Shown here: piece by piece, positions 30,468 through 39,459 of the stretch
Numbering within the stretch: position 1 is the first letter of the stretch
Layout of the letters: the number at the start of each line of letters is the position of its first letter
Assembly (NCBI GenBank): GCA_016861085.1
Contig: BOKR01000001.1
Span: forward strand, 761,696-825,695
Length of the DNA stretch: 64,000 nucleotides
Direction: 5' to 3'
From: Patescibacteria group bacterium
Lineage (GTDB): Bacteria > Patescibacteriota > Microgenomatia > UBA1400 > PJMF01
Notes under the pieces: generated by a model
Told to the model about the DNA's origin: nothing
What the model saw: the letters and a program-made list of their open reading frames with translations, nothing else
Database searches by the model: none
Translations under genes and position numbers: made by a program

Positions 30468-30887
30468 TCAAAAATCAAATTCGTAAATCTTATCTTCCTC
30501 ACCACTCAAATCTGAATATCTCACCCACGTTGGAATTATTTTAAAATATGTTTGTTCTGGGTGGTTATGATATCCAGCTGCGCTAGGCACTTTTTTGTGA
30601 TAGAGCTCAACAAGTTTTTCTCTTTCCTGGCCAAAAATTTCGGTCGCAATTCCCTCATACTGAACTGTGATATATTCTTCATCCCAGCCAATTACTAAGG
30701 CAACTTTTGGATTTTCTTGCAGATTTTTATACTTCTTACTCGTTGTAAACGTTCCAAAAACAAGTTCAAAATCATTAGTCTCACCAAAACCAATGAGGGC
30801 AGCCTCAGGAGAGTGACTATCTCCACAGGTAGAAATAACTGCGTGTATTTTTGTTCTGATAAAAGCTAGTATGTTTTCTTTTTTCAT
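30468..30887 (-). CDS. Pyridoxamine 5'-phosphate oxidase-like protein
   Basis: KKYKNLQENPKVAL and TVQYEG motifs. Confidence 0.8.
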   Translation of the reverse strand: MKKENILAFIRTKIHAVISTCGDSHSPEAALIGFGETNDFELVFGTFTTSKKYKNLQENPKVALVIGWDEEYITVQYEGIATEIFGQEREKLVELYHKKVPSAAGYHNHPEQTYFKIIPTWVRYSDLSGEEDKIYEFDF

Positions 30888-30895
30888 AAATAACC

Positions 30896-31474
30896 TTATC
30901 TATATAGCGTTACCGTCTCAAATTCATTTAGTACAATAATCGGCATTTGTGAGTTATCTCGTAAAAGGTTTAGTTTCATTTCTTTTTTATCTTCAATGTT
31001 CCAATGACAAAGTGTTTGTATTGGTAATAAACCAACTCCTTCATGAACTTCATTTTCCTTTTGATCCGATAAGGACAAAACATAACTAGATGATGCTAAA
31101 AAAGCACCCATAGAACTTCCTGCATAGATTTTCCCATCAAGTTTATGTTTTAAATCCCCTAGTTTGGCATACAAATTTTCTATTGGTTCAGCATCACCAC
31201 CAGCCACATATAAAACATCTGATTTTTCTAATTTAGAAAATAAATCTTTTGGATCTTCCGCAACAAGCATTTTAATTTCTTTGTTAGTATTCATCTTTAT
31301 TGAATTAGTATCTCTTTCAATTAAAGCATCCCAAGTTGATTTTTCTCTAGAAAAATAACACAGTAAAATTATTACTGTTTCTTTTTCGACTAGCTTAGTA
31401 AATTGAGAAAAGAAAAAGTCATTAGCTGGATGAGGCTGTGACGTTTTGCCCCCGTGCAATAGATATGTTGTCAT
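30896..31474 (-). CDS. Peptidase S51/class I glutamine amidotransferase-like protein
   Basis: LHGG, YVAGG, AGSSMGA and CHW motifs. Confidence 0.8.
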   Translation of the reverse strand: MTTYLLHGGKTSQPHPANDFFFSQFTKLVEKETVIILLCYFSREKSTWDALIERDTNSIKMNTNKEIKMLVAEDPKDLFSKLEKSDVLYVAGGDAEPIENLYAKLGDLKHKLDGKIYAGSSMGAFLASSSYVLSLSDQKENEVHEGVGLLPIQTLCHWNIEDKKEMKLNLLRDNSQMPIIVLNEFETVTLYR

Positions 31475-31550
31475 GTTGAAATTATAACAAAGTTTTGCAA
31501 GGGTACGAGTTCAACAAGAATCAATAATATTTCTTGAGGAAAAAATGAAT

Positions 31551-31585
31551 GCTTCATGCTATAGACCGAATGAGGAAGTGCTTTT
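31551..31585 (+). repeat. att-like repeat related to the tRNA-Asn 3' end (copy 1)
   Basis: GCTTCATGCTATAGACCGAATGAGGAAGTGCTTTT. Confidence 0.65.
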
Positions 31586-32085
31586 TATAATTCAAATTGC
31601 TTGCCAGAAATAAAAAGATCGCAAACTTCTTGGTTCGTTTTTCCAGTTGTATCTAATATAAACCTTATATTTCTCTCATTACTTTGCAATTGGTTAAGTA
31701 ATACTAATGATCGATCTTGGTACTGCAAACCACCGTCTCTCTTTATAAGTCTTTTTTTGATTTCATCTTCCTTGGCAACTAATACGACATACTTAAACCT
31801 AATATTAAAATTTCCAAGCTCGCTAATAAACCAATCCAACTCATCTTCAACAACAAAGTCTATAACTACATCCAAATCGTAACTCAAATAATTCTTTGTC
31901 ATTTCCAAGATGTTTTTCCAGGTAACCTTCAGTCTTTGACTCCACTCCAAACTCCTAACATTCTCAAGTGGACCAAACATAGCATCACCATCAATCAATG
32001 CGTATCCATACTTTTTATTAATCAACCTGCTGAGACTACTTTTTCCTGCACCAAGTGGACCAGAAATTAAATATATTGAATTCAT
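31585..32085 (-). CDS. P-loop nucleotide kinase-like protein
   Basis: SGPLGAGKSS Walker A. Confidence 0.8.
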   Translation of the reverse strand: MNSIYLISGPLGAGKSSLSRLINKKYGYALIDGDAMFGPLENVRSLEWSQRLKVTWKNILEMTKNYLSYDLDVVIDFVVEDELDWFISELGNFNIRFKYVVLVAKEDEIKKRLIKRDGGLQYQDRSLVLLNQLQSNERNIRFILDTTGKTNQEVCDLFISGKQFEL

Positions 32086-32930
32086 ATCTTAAAACCTACT
32101 AAACTTGCCACTTTACCCTTTGCATAGTCTCTAAATTTCAAAAGCTCATCTTTGTTCCAGTCGATTCCGCCTTGTCGCCTTTGTTCAAGAGTAATCTTCT
32201 TTTCTGACCTATAAACAGATAGTGACTTTTGAACGAGTTCTAAAAATTCTTCAGGCAAGTTACGCAAACCCCATTCACCACCTTCGTCCTTACTAAATAT
32301 TTCCTGATCTCCTTCAGATAGGGTTCGAATAACTCTACAAATATTTAAAATTGAATAAAAGGGTGTTTCGATTATGTTTTCATCAGAAACTATCCAATCA
32401 AAATCGTCTAAGATTGAGTCAATGAAATAATTCCAGGGAATTGGATTAAAAGTATCTTTTATCTCTTTACCGTGCAAAACAACACCTCGTTTAATCACAT
32501 ACATCAAATGTGATGCCAAGTCTGAATCAGTTTTATTTTCGGAAAAGTCGATTTCACCTTTTTTTATCTTTTCATGCCATTCACTACCATAATGAACTTC
32601 AAATGGGCAAGGATGTTTGAATTTTTTTGCTGCAAGAGAAGTAATAACACTTGCTTCTAAATTACCAACTGTTGGACAATTTTCTGCAAGTTTAACAAAT
32701 GTTTCTGCTATTTTCTTCCTTAAGTCGGGTCTTAGCTTAGTATCAATGACTATTATCAAATCAATATCGCTTTTGGGTCTATAATACGAACCCATTGCTA
32801 AAGAACCATATAAGTAAATTCCAACTAGGCTTCTACCCAATAAATCAGATATGTTTCTGACAACACTTTGAATATACTGCTTAATATCCTCATCACAATT
32901 TATCCAAGATTGGGCTTTGCTACTCATCAT
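32082..32930 (-). CDS. Aminoglycoside adenylyltransferase-like nucleotidyltransferase (AadA/ANT-like with DUF4111)
   Basis: YGSLAMG...SDIDL, ILNICR and SKDEGGEW motifs. Confidence 0.8.
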   Translation of the reverse strand: MMSSKAQSWINCDEDIKQYIQSVVRNISDLLGRSLVGIYLYGSLAMGSYYRPKSDIDLIIVIDTKLRPDLRKKIAETFVKLAENCPTVGNLEASVITSLAAKKFKHPCPFEVHYGSEWHEKIKKGEIDFSENKTDSDLASHLMYVIKRGVVLHGKEIKDTFNPIPWNYFIDSILDDFDWIVSDENIIETPFYSILNICRVIRTLSEGDQEIFSKDEGGEWGLRNLPEEFLELVQKSLSVYRSEKKITLEQRRQGGIDWNKDELLKFRDYAKGKVASLVGFKI

Positions 32931-33004
32931 GCGGAAATTATATCAAAATTCGAGTGTCCACTATGGGTACAAAAAAACTCTAACCTATCTACTTGAGTAA
33001 AGTC

Positions 33005-33056
33005 AGTTCGAGTCTAACGATGCTCCCTGTTGTAGACCAAATGAGGCAATGCTTCT
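33005..33056 (+). repeat. att-like repeat related to the tRNA-Asn 3' end (copy 2, with left arm)
   Basis: AGTTCGAGTCTAACGAT-GCTCCCTGTTGTAGACCAAATGAGGCAATGCTTCT. Confidence 0.7.
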
Positions 33057-33064
33057 TGTAAAGA

Positions 33065-33811
33065 CTATCTGTTTTCTAACAATTCCGTAACAGTCACAAA
33101 CTGATATTCTTTTGCTTGTAATCCATCAATGATTGGTTCAATTGCGTCTCTACTTGGTTTGCATGACTCACAAAGTGGATGAAGTAAAATTATTGATCCC
33201 GATTCAGTTTTCTCAATTGTATAGTCTATTGCAAAATCTCTTTTTTCTTCTTCCGACTCTAGCTTTGGCATAAATGTTTCTGCCTCAACATCAACCATAA
33301 TTGTTTTAATGTCATATCTAAAAAGATACCATGGCAATACGAATAGTTTTTTACCATAGGGTGGTCTAAACGTAATCTCACCTTCATAACCAACTTCTCT
33401 AATTAATTGGTTTGTCCTCTCAATCTCTAACTCAACAAAAGAGAGAGGTTTTAAGAGAAAACGCTGATGAGAATAAGAGTGGTTGCCCAATTCGTGACCA
33501 GCTTCAACAATATTTCTAGCTTCTTCTGGATATTTTTCGATATTTTGCCCGATTACATAAAAAGTAGCCACAACGCCTTTTTCAGCTAAAATGTCTAACA
33601 CTTCATCGCTATGTACAGTAGGTGCATCATCAAAAGTTAAAGCTACTATTTTTTTGTCTGTTTCTACCCTTGCAATAATCTCTCCAAAAAATTGGAAAGT
33701 TCTAGACTTACTAATACGAAACAGTGAGTAAAAGAAAAGAATGATTATTAACGAACTAAAGAAAGCCACCTTAGTATATTTTTCTGCTTTTTTGGAGAAT
33801 TTGCTTTTCAT
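33065..33811 (-). CDS. Polysaccharide deacetylase (NodB/CE4)
   Basis: ALTFDDAP, GNHSYSH, FRPPYG and IILLH motifs. Confidence 0.92.
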   Translation of the reverse strand: MKSKFSKKAEKYTKVAFFSSLIIILFFYSLFRISKSRTFQFFGEIIARVETDKKIVALTFDDAPTVHSDEVLDILAEKGVVATFYVIGQNIEKYPEEARNIVEAGHELGNHSYSHQRFLLKPLSFVELEIERTNQLIREVGYEGEITFRPPYGKKLFVLPWYLFRYDIKTIMVDVEAETFMPKLESEEEKRDFAIDYTIEKTESGSIILLHPLCESCKPSRDAIEPIIDGLQAKEYQFVTVTELLENR

Positions 33812-33892
33812 CTAGTTTAAGTATAACAAAGGTTCTAGCCTCTATTCTGGGTATTGAGTTATGAGGATATAGCACTTGAGGTGAAATTAAAA

Positions 33893-33927
33893 GCTCCCCG
33901 CTATAGACCAAGTTAGAAACCTACTTT
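33893..33927 (+). repeat. att-like repeat related to the tRNA-Asn 3' end (copy 3)
   Basis: GCTCCCCGCTATAGACCAAGTTAGAAACCTACTTT; first 8 nt identical to the reverse complement of the tRNA 3' end. Confidence 0.7.
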
Positions 33928-33939
33928 ATAATAATTACA

Positions 33940-34491
33940 ATGCAGTTGAAAATAGAATTTAATAATTTTTGGTCAAGAAAATACTTGGTTTTTCACGACA
34001 AAAAAGCATTTGCTGAAATTAATCGCTTTGGACTAATACGACAAGGAATAACTGCAAAAAAAGATAATCAAGTTTGGACATATATAGAAAAAGGTTTTAT
34101 AAACACCAGCATTATTGCGTTCGATGGTATTCATGAAAAACAAATTGGTGAATTTCCTATAAAAAACATTATCCAACTCAGTTCTATTTTGGGGAAAAGG
34201 CAAATATCACCTGGTATTTTTTACACCCCAAATGCTAACTATAAACTTGCTATCAACTTCCAAAATAAGAATATATATTCCTGGCTTGATCAAAATAACG
34301 AGACGCTAATTACTTATGACATGACTACTCGTATTAAATCACTAATAACTAGCATTAGTTTCAACCGTAAAACAACCTGTGTTGCACAGATTCCGGATAA
34401 TTATTCTGACATCGACCTCACACTCTTTTTTTTGGGAATATTTATTATAGATTTGAATTTGTCACTAGAATCTATTGGTCATACACCATAG
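33940..34491 (+). CDS. Hypothetical protein (possibly LURP-one/scramblase-like)
   Basis: 183-aa ORF with TATAAT just upstream; beta-rich pattern with a C-terminal hydrophobic helix. Confidence 0.5.
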   Translation: MQLKIEFNNFWSRKYLVFHDKKAFAEINRFGLIRQGITAKKDNQVWTYIEKGFINTSIIAFDGIHEKQIGEFPIKNIIQLSSILGKRQISPGIFYTPNANYKLAINFQNKNIYSWLDQNNETLITYDMTTRIKSLITSISFNRKTTCVAQIPDNYSDIDLTLFFLGIFIIDLNLSLESIGHTP

Positions 34492-34592
34492 CATAATCTA
34501 AAAATAACTTTATTCTCCCTGGTCAACTCATTTTTGTTTGAAATATTAAATCATCACTTACTGATAGGTACCTAATCGGATATGATAAAAAT

Positions 34593-34943
34593 ATGAATAA
34601 AAATCTAAAATTATTATTTATTTTTTTTGCCTATTTAATTTTAGCTATCGACTTATTCGCAATCATATACTTTATGTATTCTGGTGAAAATATACACAAA
34701 GAAATTGATAGCATTGGTGGCATTGTTTTCTATAAAGTTAATGGAAACACTTTACTTAATACATTTATTGTTGATTTTATTGGATTACTAGCCTACAGCA
34801 TTTTCTTTTATGGTCATTTCAAGATGGCTGGTGTTTTCTCAGAAAAAAATAAGTTGGGATTTTTCGCTATAAGTTCACTGATTATCCTTGCTTTCCTTAT
34901 ATCTTTATTGACTAGAAGATACTTAAATTTAGGGAGTATTTAA
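34593..34943 (+). CDS. Small membrane hypothetical protein
   Basis: 3 TM helices, very AT-rich. Confidence 0.55.
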   Translation: MNKNLKLLFIFFAYLILAIDLFAIIYFMYSGENIHKEIDSIGGIVFYKVNGNTLLNTFIVDFIGLLAYSIFFYGHFKMAGVFSEKNKLGFFAISSLIILAFLISLLTRRYLNLGSI

Positions 34944-35000
34944 AATTAACAATAAACTTTTAATGTCTTCAGAAGGATCTTGAGTTTATTCTAAATGAAC

Positions 35001-35035
35001 GCTCCACGTAGTGGACCAAGTTAGGGAGTGTTTTT
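35001..35035 (+). repeat. att-like repeat related to the tRNA-Asn 3' end (copy 4)
   Basis: GCTCCACGTAGTGGACCAAGTTAGGGAGTGTTTTT. Confidence 0.7.
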
Positions 35036-35304
35036 TATGATGACCACCTTTTTAATTTAGGGATATCTTTCATAAAAAAATTTATCATGAAATTAGGCAT
35101 GCCCATTCCACGCATTTTTCCAACAACTAATTCTTGCATTTCATTAGCTGTAATTTTTTTGTTTACAAATTCACCATTCTGATAACATTTACTACAATAT
35201 TCTGTTGATTTAGAACCATTTTTTTCAGTTCCACCACCTTCTTCATCTTTTTTTAATGGCATACCACAACTTTGACATTGTTTTCCTAAAAGCATTTTTA
35301 ACAT
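35035..35304 (-). CDS. Zinc ribbon domain protein
   Basis: CQSCGMP...YCSKCY...LKRW motifs. Confidence 0.85.
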   Translation of the reverse strand: MLKMLLGKQCQSCGMPLKKDEEGGGTEKNGSKSTEYCSKCYQNGEFVNKKITANEMQELVVGKMRGMGMPNFMINFFMKDIPKLKRWSS

Positions 35305-35402
35305 GTTTACCTTTCGAAATAGGATCTTTTGATAACAATAATTATACCAAAGGTTCGAGCGTCCACTGAGGAGTATTTATTTTACTTTAGGAAAAAAATG
35401 TG

Positions 35403-35717
35403 CTCCCCGAGTAGGATTCGAACCTACAACCTGCCGGTTACATATAACCCATCTATTTCTAGACGGTATGGACTATCTCATTACCATATTCACCATTTGG
35501 CAAAATTAGGCACTGGGTACTCTAGGGTGTACTCACCTAGTCTCTGAACCTTCTTCGTAATATCTTACAAAGCTCGGCTGCGGATTACCATATTCTTGTA
35601 AAAAACAAAAACACAGGCTTCCCGCAATTCACCCAGTTATCATTCCAAAGTTTCCTTTGGAAGCTGCGATTTTGGAATGTTTCACAGCCGGACGCTCTGC
35701 CATTGAGCTATCGGGGA
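35403..35717 (-). tRNA. tRNA-Asn(GTT) interrupted by an intron (exons 35717-35684 and 35440-35403)
   Basis: TCCCCGATAGCTCAATGGCAGAGCGTCCGGCTGT + TAACCGGCAGGTTGTAGGTTCGAATCCTACTCGGGGAG; joining gives the loop CT-GTT-AA. Confidence 0.93.
35441..35683 (-). ncRNA. Group I intron, 243 nt, no ORF
   Basis: P (AAUUGCGGGAA), Q (AAUCCGCAGC), R (UUCAGAGACUA) and S (GAGAUAGUCC); P1 with U-G pair, P3 CUGGGU/ACCCAG, GAAA-capped P2 and P9, terminal G. Confidence 0.92.
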
Positions 35718-35862
35718 TCTTCACTTGTTAATCGTTGCCAAGAAAATTCGCTGCAAATAAAATAGCTTTCATCTGCAATACAAAAATACTCAACAACAGA
35801 ACCATATTGTAACAAACCCACCTCTAAAAATCCACCATAAAGATAGTGTTACAATAATACTC

Positions 35863-36646
35863 ATGTCCCAAAAATTTGCCAACATCTCCGTCGTCTTCCC
35901 CGCACTTAACGAAGAAAAAAATATTGCCAATTGTCTGAATGCCCTTTTGAATCAAAAAACCAAACCCAAACAAATTATTTTTGTAAACCACAACTCTACA
36001 GATAAAACCCTCGAAATCGCAAACACCTACAAGCCAATTTTCAAACAGCAAAATATAGAATACATCGTCCACACAGAAAAAAAGAAAGGAATTGCCAACG
36101 CCCGCAACTCCGGCTTTGCACTTGCCACTCAACCGATTATTGCCTCAACCGATTCTGATTGTATTCCCCAAAAAAATTGGATTGAAAGCATTGCTACATA
36201 CTTCAAAAAAAAATGATGTCGTTGCCTGTGCAGGAAAAATTGTGCACTACGATGCTGATCCCCTTTGGAAAGAAATGACAAAAAATGGTTCTTATAACGT
36301 ACTTTATAAATTCCTGTACCTCATCAATGGCTTTCACCCCATGACAACAGCTAACTGCGCGGTTTTAAAATCTGCATTTGAAACAGTCGGCAGATTTGAC
36401 CACCAAATTATCTCCATTGACGGCCTTGATGATATTGACCTCGCCGCCCGCTTATCTTTTGTTGGCAAAGTTAAATACAATAAAAACATGGTCGTTGAAA
36501 GTTCGTTTCGAAGATACAACGGTTTTTCAAAAGCAATTGGCAGTACCTATAGAAGATTTTTAGCACTGCTTCGTGTCAAAAGAAAATTTAGAAAAAAACA
36601 ACTAGACGTACTATACGAAAATTTGTTTCCCAAAAAAAGTAGCTAG
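35863..36646 (+). pseudogene. GT2 glycosyltransferase frameshifted at an A9 run
   Basis: PALNEE, ARNSG and TDSD in one frame; ANCAV and DDIDL..RL in another; shift at 36205-36213. Confidence 0.8.
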
Positions 36647-36657
36647 TCAAAGTAGAA

Positions 36658-37950
36658 TTAATCCAAGAAATCCTGCAATTTTTTGCGTCTACTTGGATGC
36701 TTTAATTTTCGTAAAGCCTTAGCCTCAATTTGACGAATACGCTCACGGGTCACACCAAATTTTTTGCCGACTTCTTCTAAAGTCATCATTTTATTGTCGT
36801 TCAAACCAAATCGCATTCGGAGTACCTTTGCCTCACGGTCAGAAAGTGCACTGAGCACTTCTTCTACATTTTCACGAAGCATCTGTTGACTGGTGGCTTC
36901 ATATGGAGACAGCTGTTGGTCATCAGAAATAAAATCACCCAACACACTGTCGTCATCACCGTCACCAACTGGGGACTCAAGCGAAGTTGTGTTTTGTGAA
37001 ATCTTGAGAATTTCGCGGACTTTGTCTGGGTCCATCTCCATTTCAACACCAATTTCTTCTGGTGTTGGCTCTCTGCCCAAATCTTGCATCAGCCTTCGGC
37101 TGGTACGCATCAATTTGTTGATGGTTTCAACCATGTGCACTGGAATACGAATAGTTCTGGCTTGGTCTGCAATAGAACGAGTAATTGCTTGGCGAATCCA
37201 CCATGTCGCGTAAGTAGAAAACTTGAATCCTTTGGTCCAGTCAAATTTTTCGACTGCACGGATCAGACCTTTGTTACCCTCTTGGATCAAATCCAAGAAA
37301 GTCATGCCACGACCAATATATTTTTTAGCGATAGAAACAACCAAACGCAAATTAGCGTCTGTTAATTGTTTTTTAGCCTCAATGTCGCCTGCTTCAACTC
37401 TTTGAGCCAAACGAATTTCGTCTTCACGATTTAACAGTGGAATTCTGCCAATTTCCTTGAGGTACATGCGCACTGGATCAGCAACGCTGCGATCAGTCAA
37501 CGTAGATAATGTTTCAAGTTCTTGGGTTAAAGTATCGTCAGAATCTTTTTTCTTTTCGTCAGTTACAGATTCAAAAACATCGATATCATGGGCAATTATT
37601 TGGCCGTAAAAATCGTCAAGCTCTTGGATGTAGTCTTCTGGCTCAACAAATGTTGCTAAAATATCATCTTGAGTGATATAACCCTGAGACTTTGCTTTTG
37701 CAAACAAATTTTCAATGTCAGTAGAAAGTGCTTTTGGAACTTTGCTAGCAGATACCTGTTCTTCAAATTGAATTTCAGAAGGTGCTTCCTGCTGTGTTCC
37801 TTCTGCTACTTCATCGCCTGTCTGCTCAACAATTTCTTGTTGGGCCTCTTCAAGCATATCAAGTTGTGCTTCCGCCTCTTTGATCTCTTCTAATTCTGAT
37901 TTTTTGACTTTTGGGGTCAGTTTTTTTGGAGCTTTTTTCGCTGTAGGCAT
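36658..37950 (-). CDS. rpoD: RNA polymerase primary sigma factor
   Basis: [37 protein letters not shown] and TRERIRQIE motifs. Confidence 0.97.
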   Translation of the reverse strand: MPTAKKAPKKLTPKVKKSELEEIKEAEAQLDMLEEAQQEIVEQTGDEVAEGTQQEAPSEIQFEEQVSASKVPKALSTDIENLFAKAKSQGYITQDDILATFVEPEDYIQELDDFYGQIIAHDIDVFESVTDEKKKDSDDTLTQELETLSTLTDRSVADPVRMYLKEIGRIPLLNREDEIRLAQRVEAGDIEAKKQLTDANLRLVVSIAKKYIGRGMTFLDLIQEGNKGLIRAVEKFDWTKGFKFSTYATWWIRQAITRSIADQARTIRIPVHMVETINKLMRTSRRLMQDLGREPTPEEIGVEMEMDPDKVREILKISQNTTSLESPVGDGDDDSVLGDFISDDQQLSPYEATSQQMLRENVEEVLSALSDREAKVLRMRFGLNDNKMMTLEEVGKKFGVTRERIRQIEAKALRKLKHPSRRKKLQDFLD

Positions 37951-38034
37951 AAAAAAATGTTTCTTACTAGCTTGTCAAGACGTGATTCGCCTGGAATAGT
38001 GTATAATTATACAACAAAAGTCAAGAATGAAAAG

Positions 38035-39312
38035 CTACAAATTCCCTTTTGTGAAAGCCTCGACCTCAGCAAGAATAGTAACAGCAGAATCTTCAAATTT
38101 TTCTAAGGCCTTTACTGCATTTTGCGCCCTCACAGTCTGCAACCTCAAATCCCTTACTTCGTTTCGTAACGCTGTTATTTTTTCCTCTGGGGTTTGTCTT
38201 CCCATTTTTCCTAAAAGTGCGTTTGCAAGTGGAGCTGTTGCGTTTCCCAACACTCCTTTTCTAGCTCTTTCCTTTCGTTCGAGTAGCTTTTCCTTTTCGT
38301 CCCATTTTGCTTTCAACTCATCAGCTTTTGCCGCCAACCTTCTAGCTTCCTCCAGTTCCTCAGCGAGTACTTTCGCTGCAGCAGCAAATCTCTCGTCTAG
38401 TGGAAGTTCACGAAAATCTGACCCCAGCAGTTCAGTCAAAAAAAGACTCCCATCACGCGCTTTTCGGATATCATGAAGTACTCCATTGACCACCTTAACT
38501 ACTGCTTCGCCTATTTCAGTTTTTCTATAAGAAAGGTTCTCAGCTATACGCTCCATAATCCCTTGGGCATTCTGTAACTCTGCTAATCTCTTTAGCAACT
38601 CATAATTTTGCTGCAACTGTTGCAACCCCTCATGTGCTGCTCTAATTTGTTCCATTGTTGGTCTATAATCACTAACATCTCTAGTACTTTCCGCGACACG
38701 TTTTCCTAACTCATCAATATCCGCCGTAAAGTTAGCACCACTTTCATTAAATGCCTCAGCAAGATTTCCAATCTCTTGATATTCAGCTTGCAACTCTGTA
38801 ACATCCAATTGAGCATCAGGTTGACGCTGTAATTGCATCATCAGCTCTCTAGCTAACCGACTTTGTTCTGGATCATGAATACTTAAAGTCATCGCCTTTC
38901 GTATCTGACGCTTCTGATTACGAACATTTTGTAAACCATTTTCTTTTCTATATTGAAACCCAGCCAAAGATTCTTCAAAATTACTCAAAATAGCTTGTCC
39001 TCTCTGGGTAATTTCTGCTTTATCTTCTCCGTCAACTTGCAAAAGCATTTCTTGAAACTGTCGTTGGAATTGTGTAATAACTTCGACAGCCTGATCTATA
39101 TTTCCAGAAATTGCTCGGTCAGGGTTTCCTGTGTGATCCCAGTGGTATAGCAAACCCAACGCATCTTCTAGTGCCTCTACGTCAGGAAGTGCTTCTGCTA
39201 ACTCGGCAAGGTGTTTCTCTTTTTTATTAATTTCAGCTGCATATGCCTGCTGAGCAGCCACTGATTCCTCTATTCCACTTAAAATCTGTGCTTTATCATC
39301 ATCGATCGCCAT
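38035..39312 (-). CDS. Coiled-coil hypothetical protein
   Basis: 425 aa, E/Q/A/L-rich heptad pattern, no recognisable motif. Confidence 0.65.
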   Translation of the reverse strand: MAIDDDKAQILSGIEESVAAQQAYAAEINKKEKHLAELAEALPDVEALEDALGLLYHWDHTGNPDRAISGNIDQAVEVITQFQRQFQEMLLQVDGEDKAEITQRGQAILSNFEESLAGFQYRKENGLQNVRNQKRQIRKAMTLSIHDPEQSRLARELMMQLQRQPDAQLDVTELQAEYQEIGNLAEAFNESGANFTADIDELGKRVAESTRDVSDYRPTMEQIRAAHEGLQQLQQNYELLKRLAELQNAQGIMERIAENLSYRKTEIGEAVVKVVNGVLHDIRKARDGSLFLTELLGSDFRELPLDERFAAAAKVLAEELEEARRLAAKADELKAKWDEKEKLLERKERARKGVLGNATAPLANALLGKMGRQTPEEKITALRNEVRDLRLQTVRAQNAVKALEKFEDSAVTILAEVEAFTKGNL

Positions 39313-39459
39313 AACAATAGTATGCCTCTTGCAAGAGAGGTTTACAAGTTAAAAAGAGGTAAAAACAACAAAATGAGAGGGAGGCAACTCGCACTAGGTG
39401 CATCACTATGGGGTTATACACCTACTGTAGCTTCATGCCTCCCCTCATCTTTCAAATAT

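Noticed and set aside
31551-35035. Repeats as CRISPR array or integron attC sites
   Set aside because: Spacing is 0.9-1.5 kb, no cas or intI gene is present, and the repeats lack the RYYYAAC...GTTRRRY palindromic structure
35329-35547. 72-aa ORF in the track
   Set aside because: It is the antisense reading of the tRNA-Asn exon and intron, with no homing endonuclease motif
39373-39448. SRP RNA or 6S RNA
   Set aside because: No SRP GNRA loop or CAGG/AGCA motif, and too short for 6S RNA
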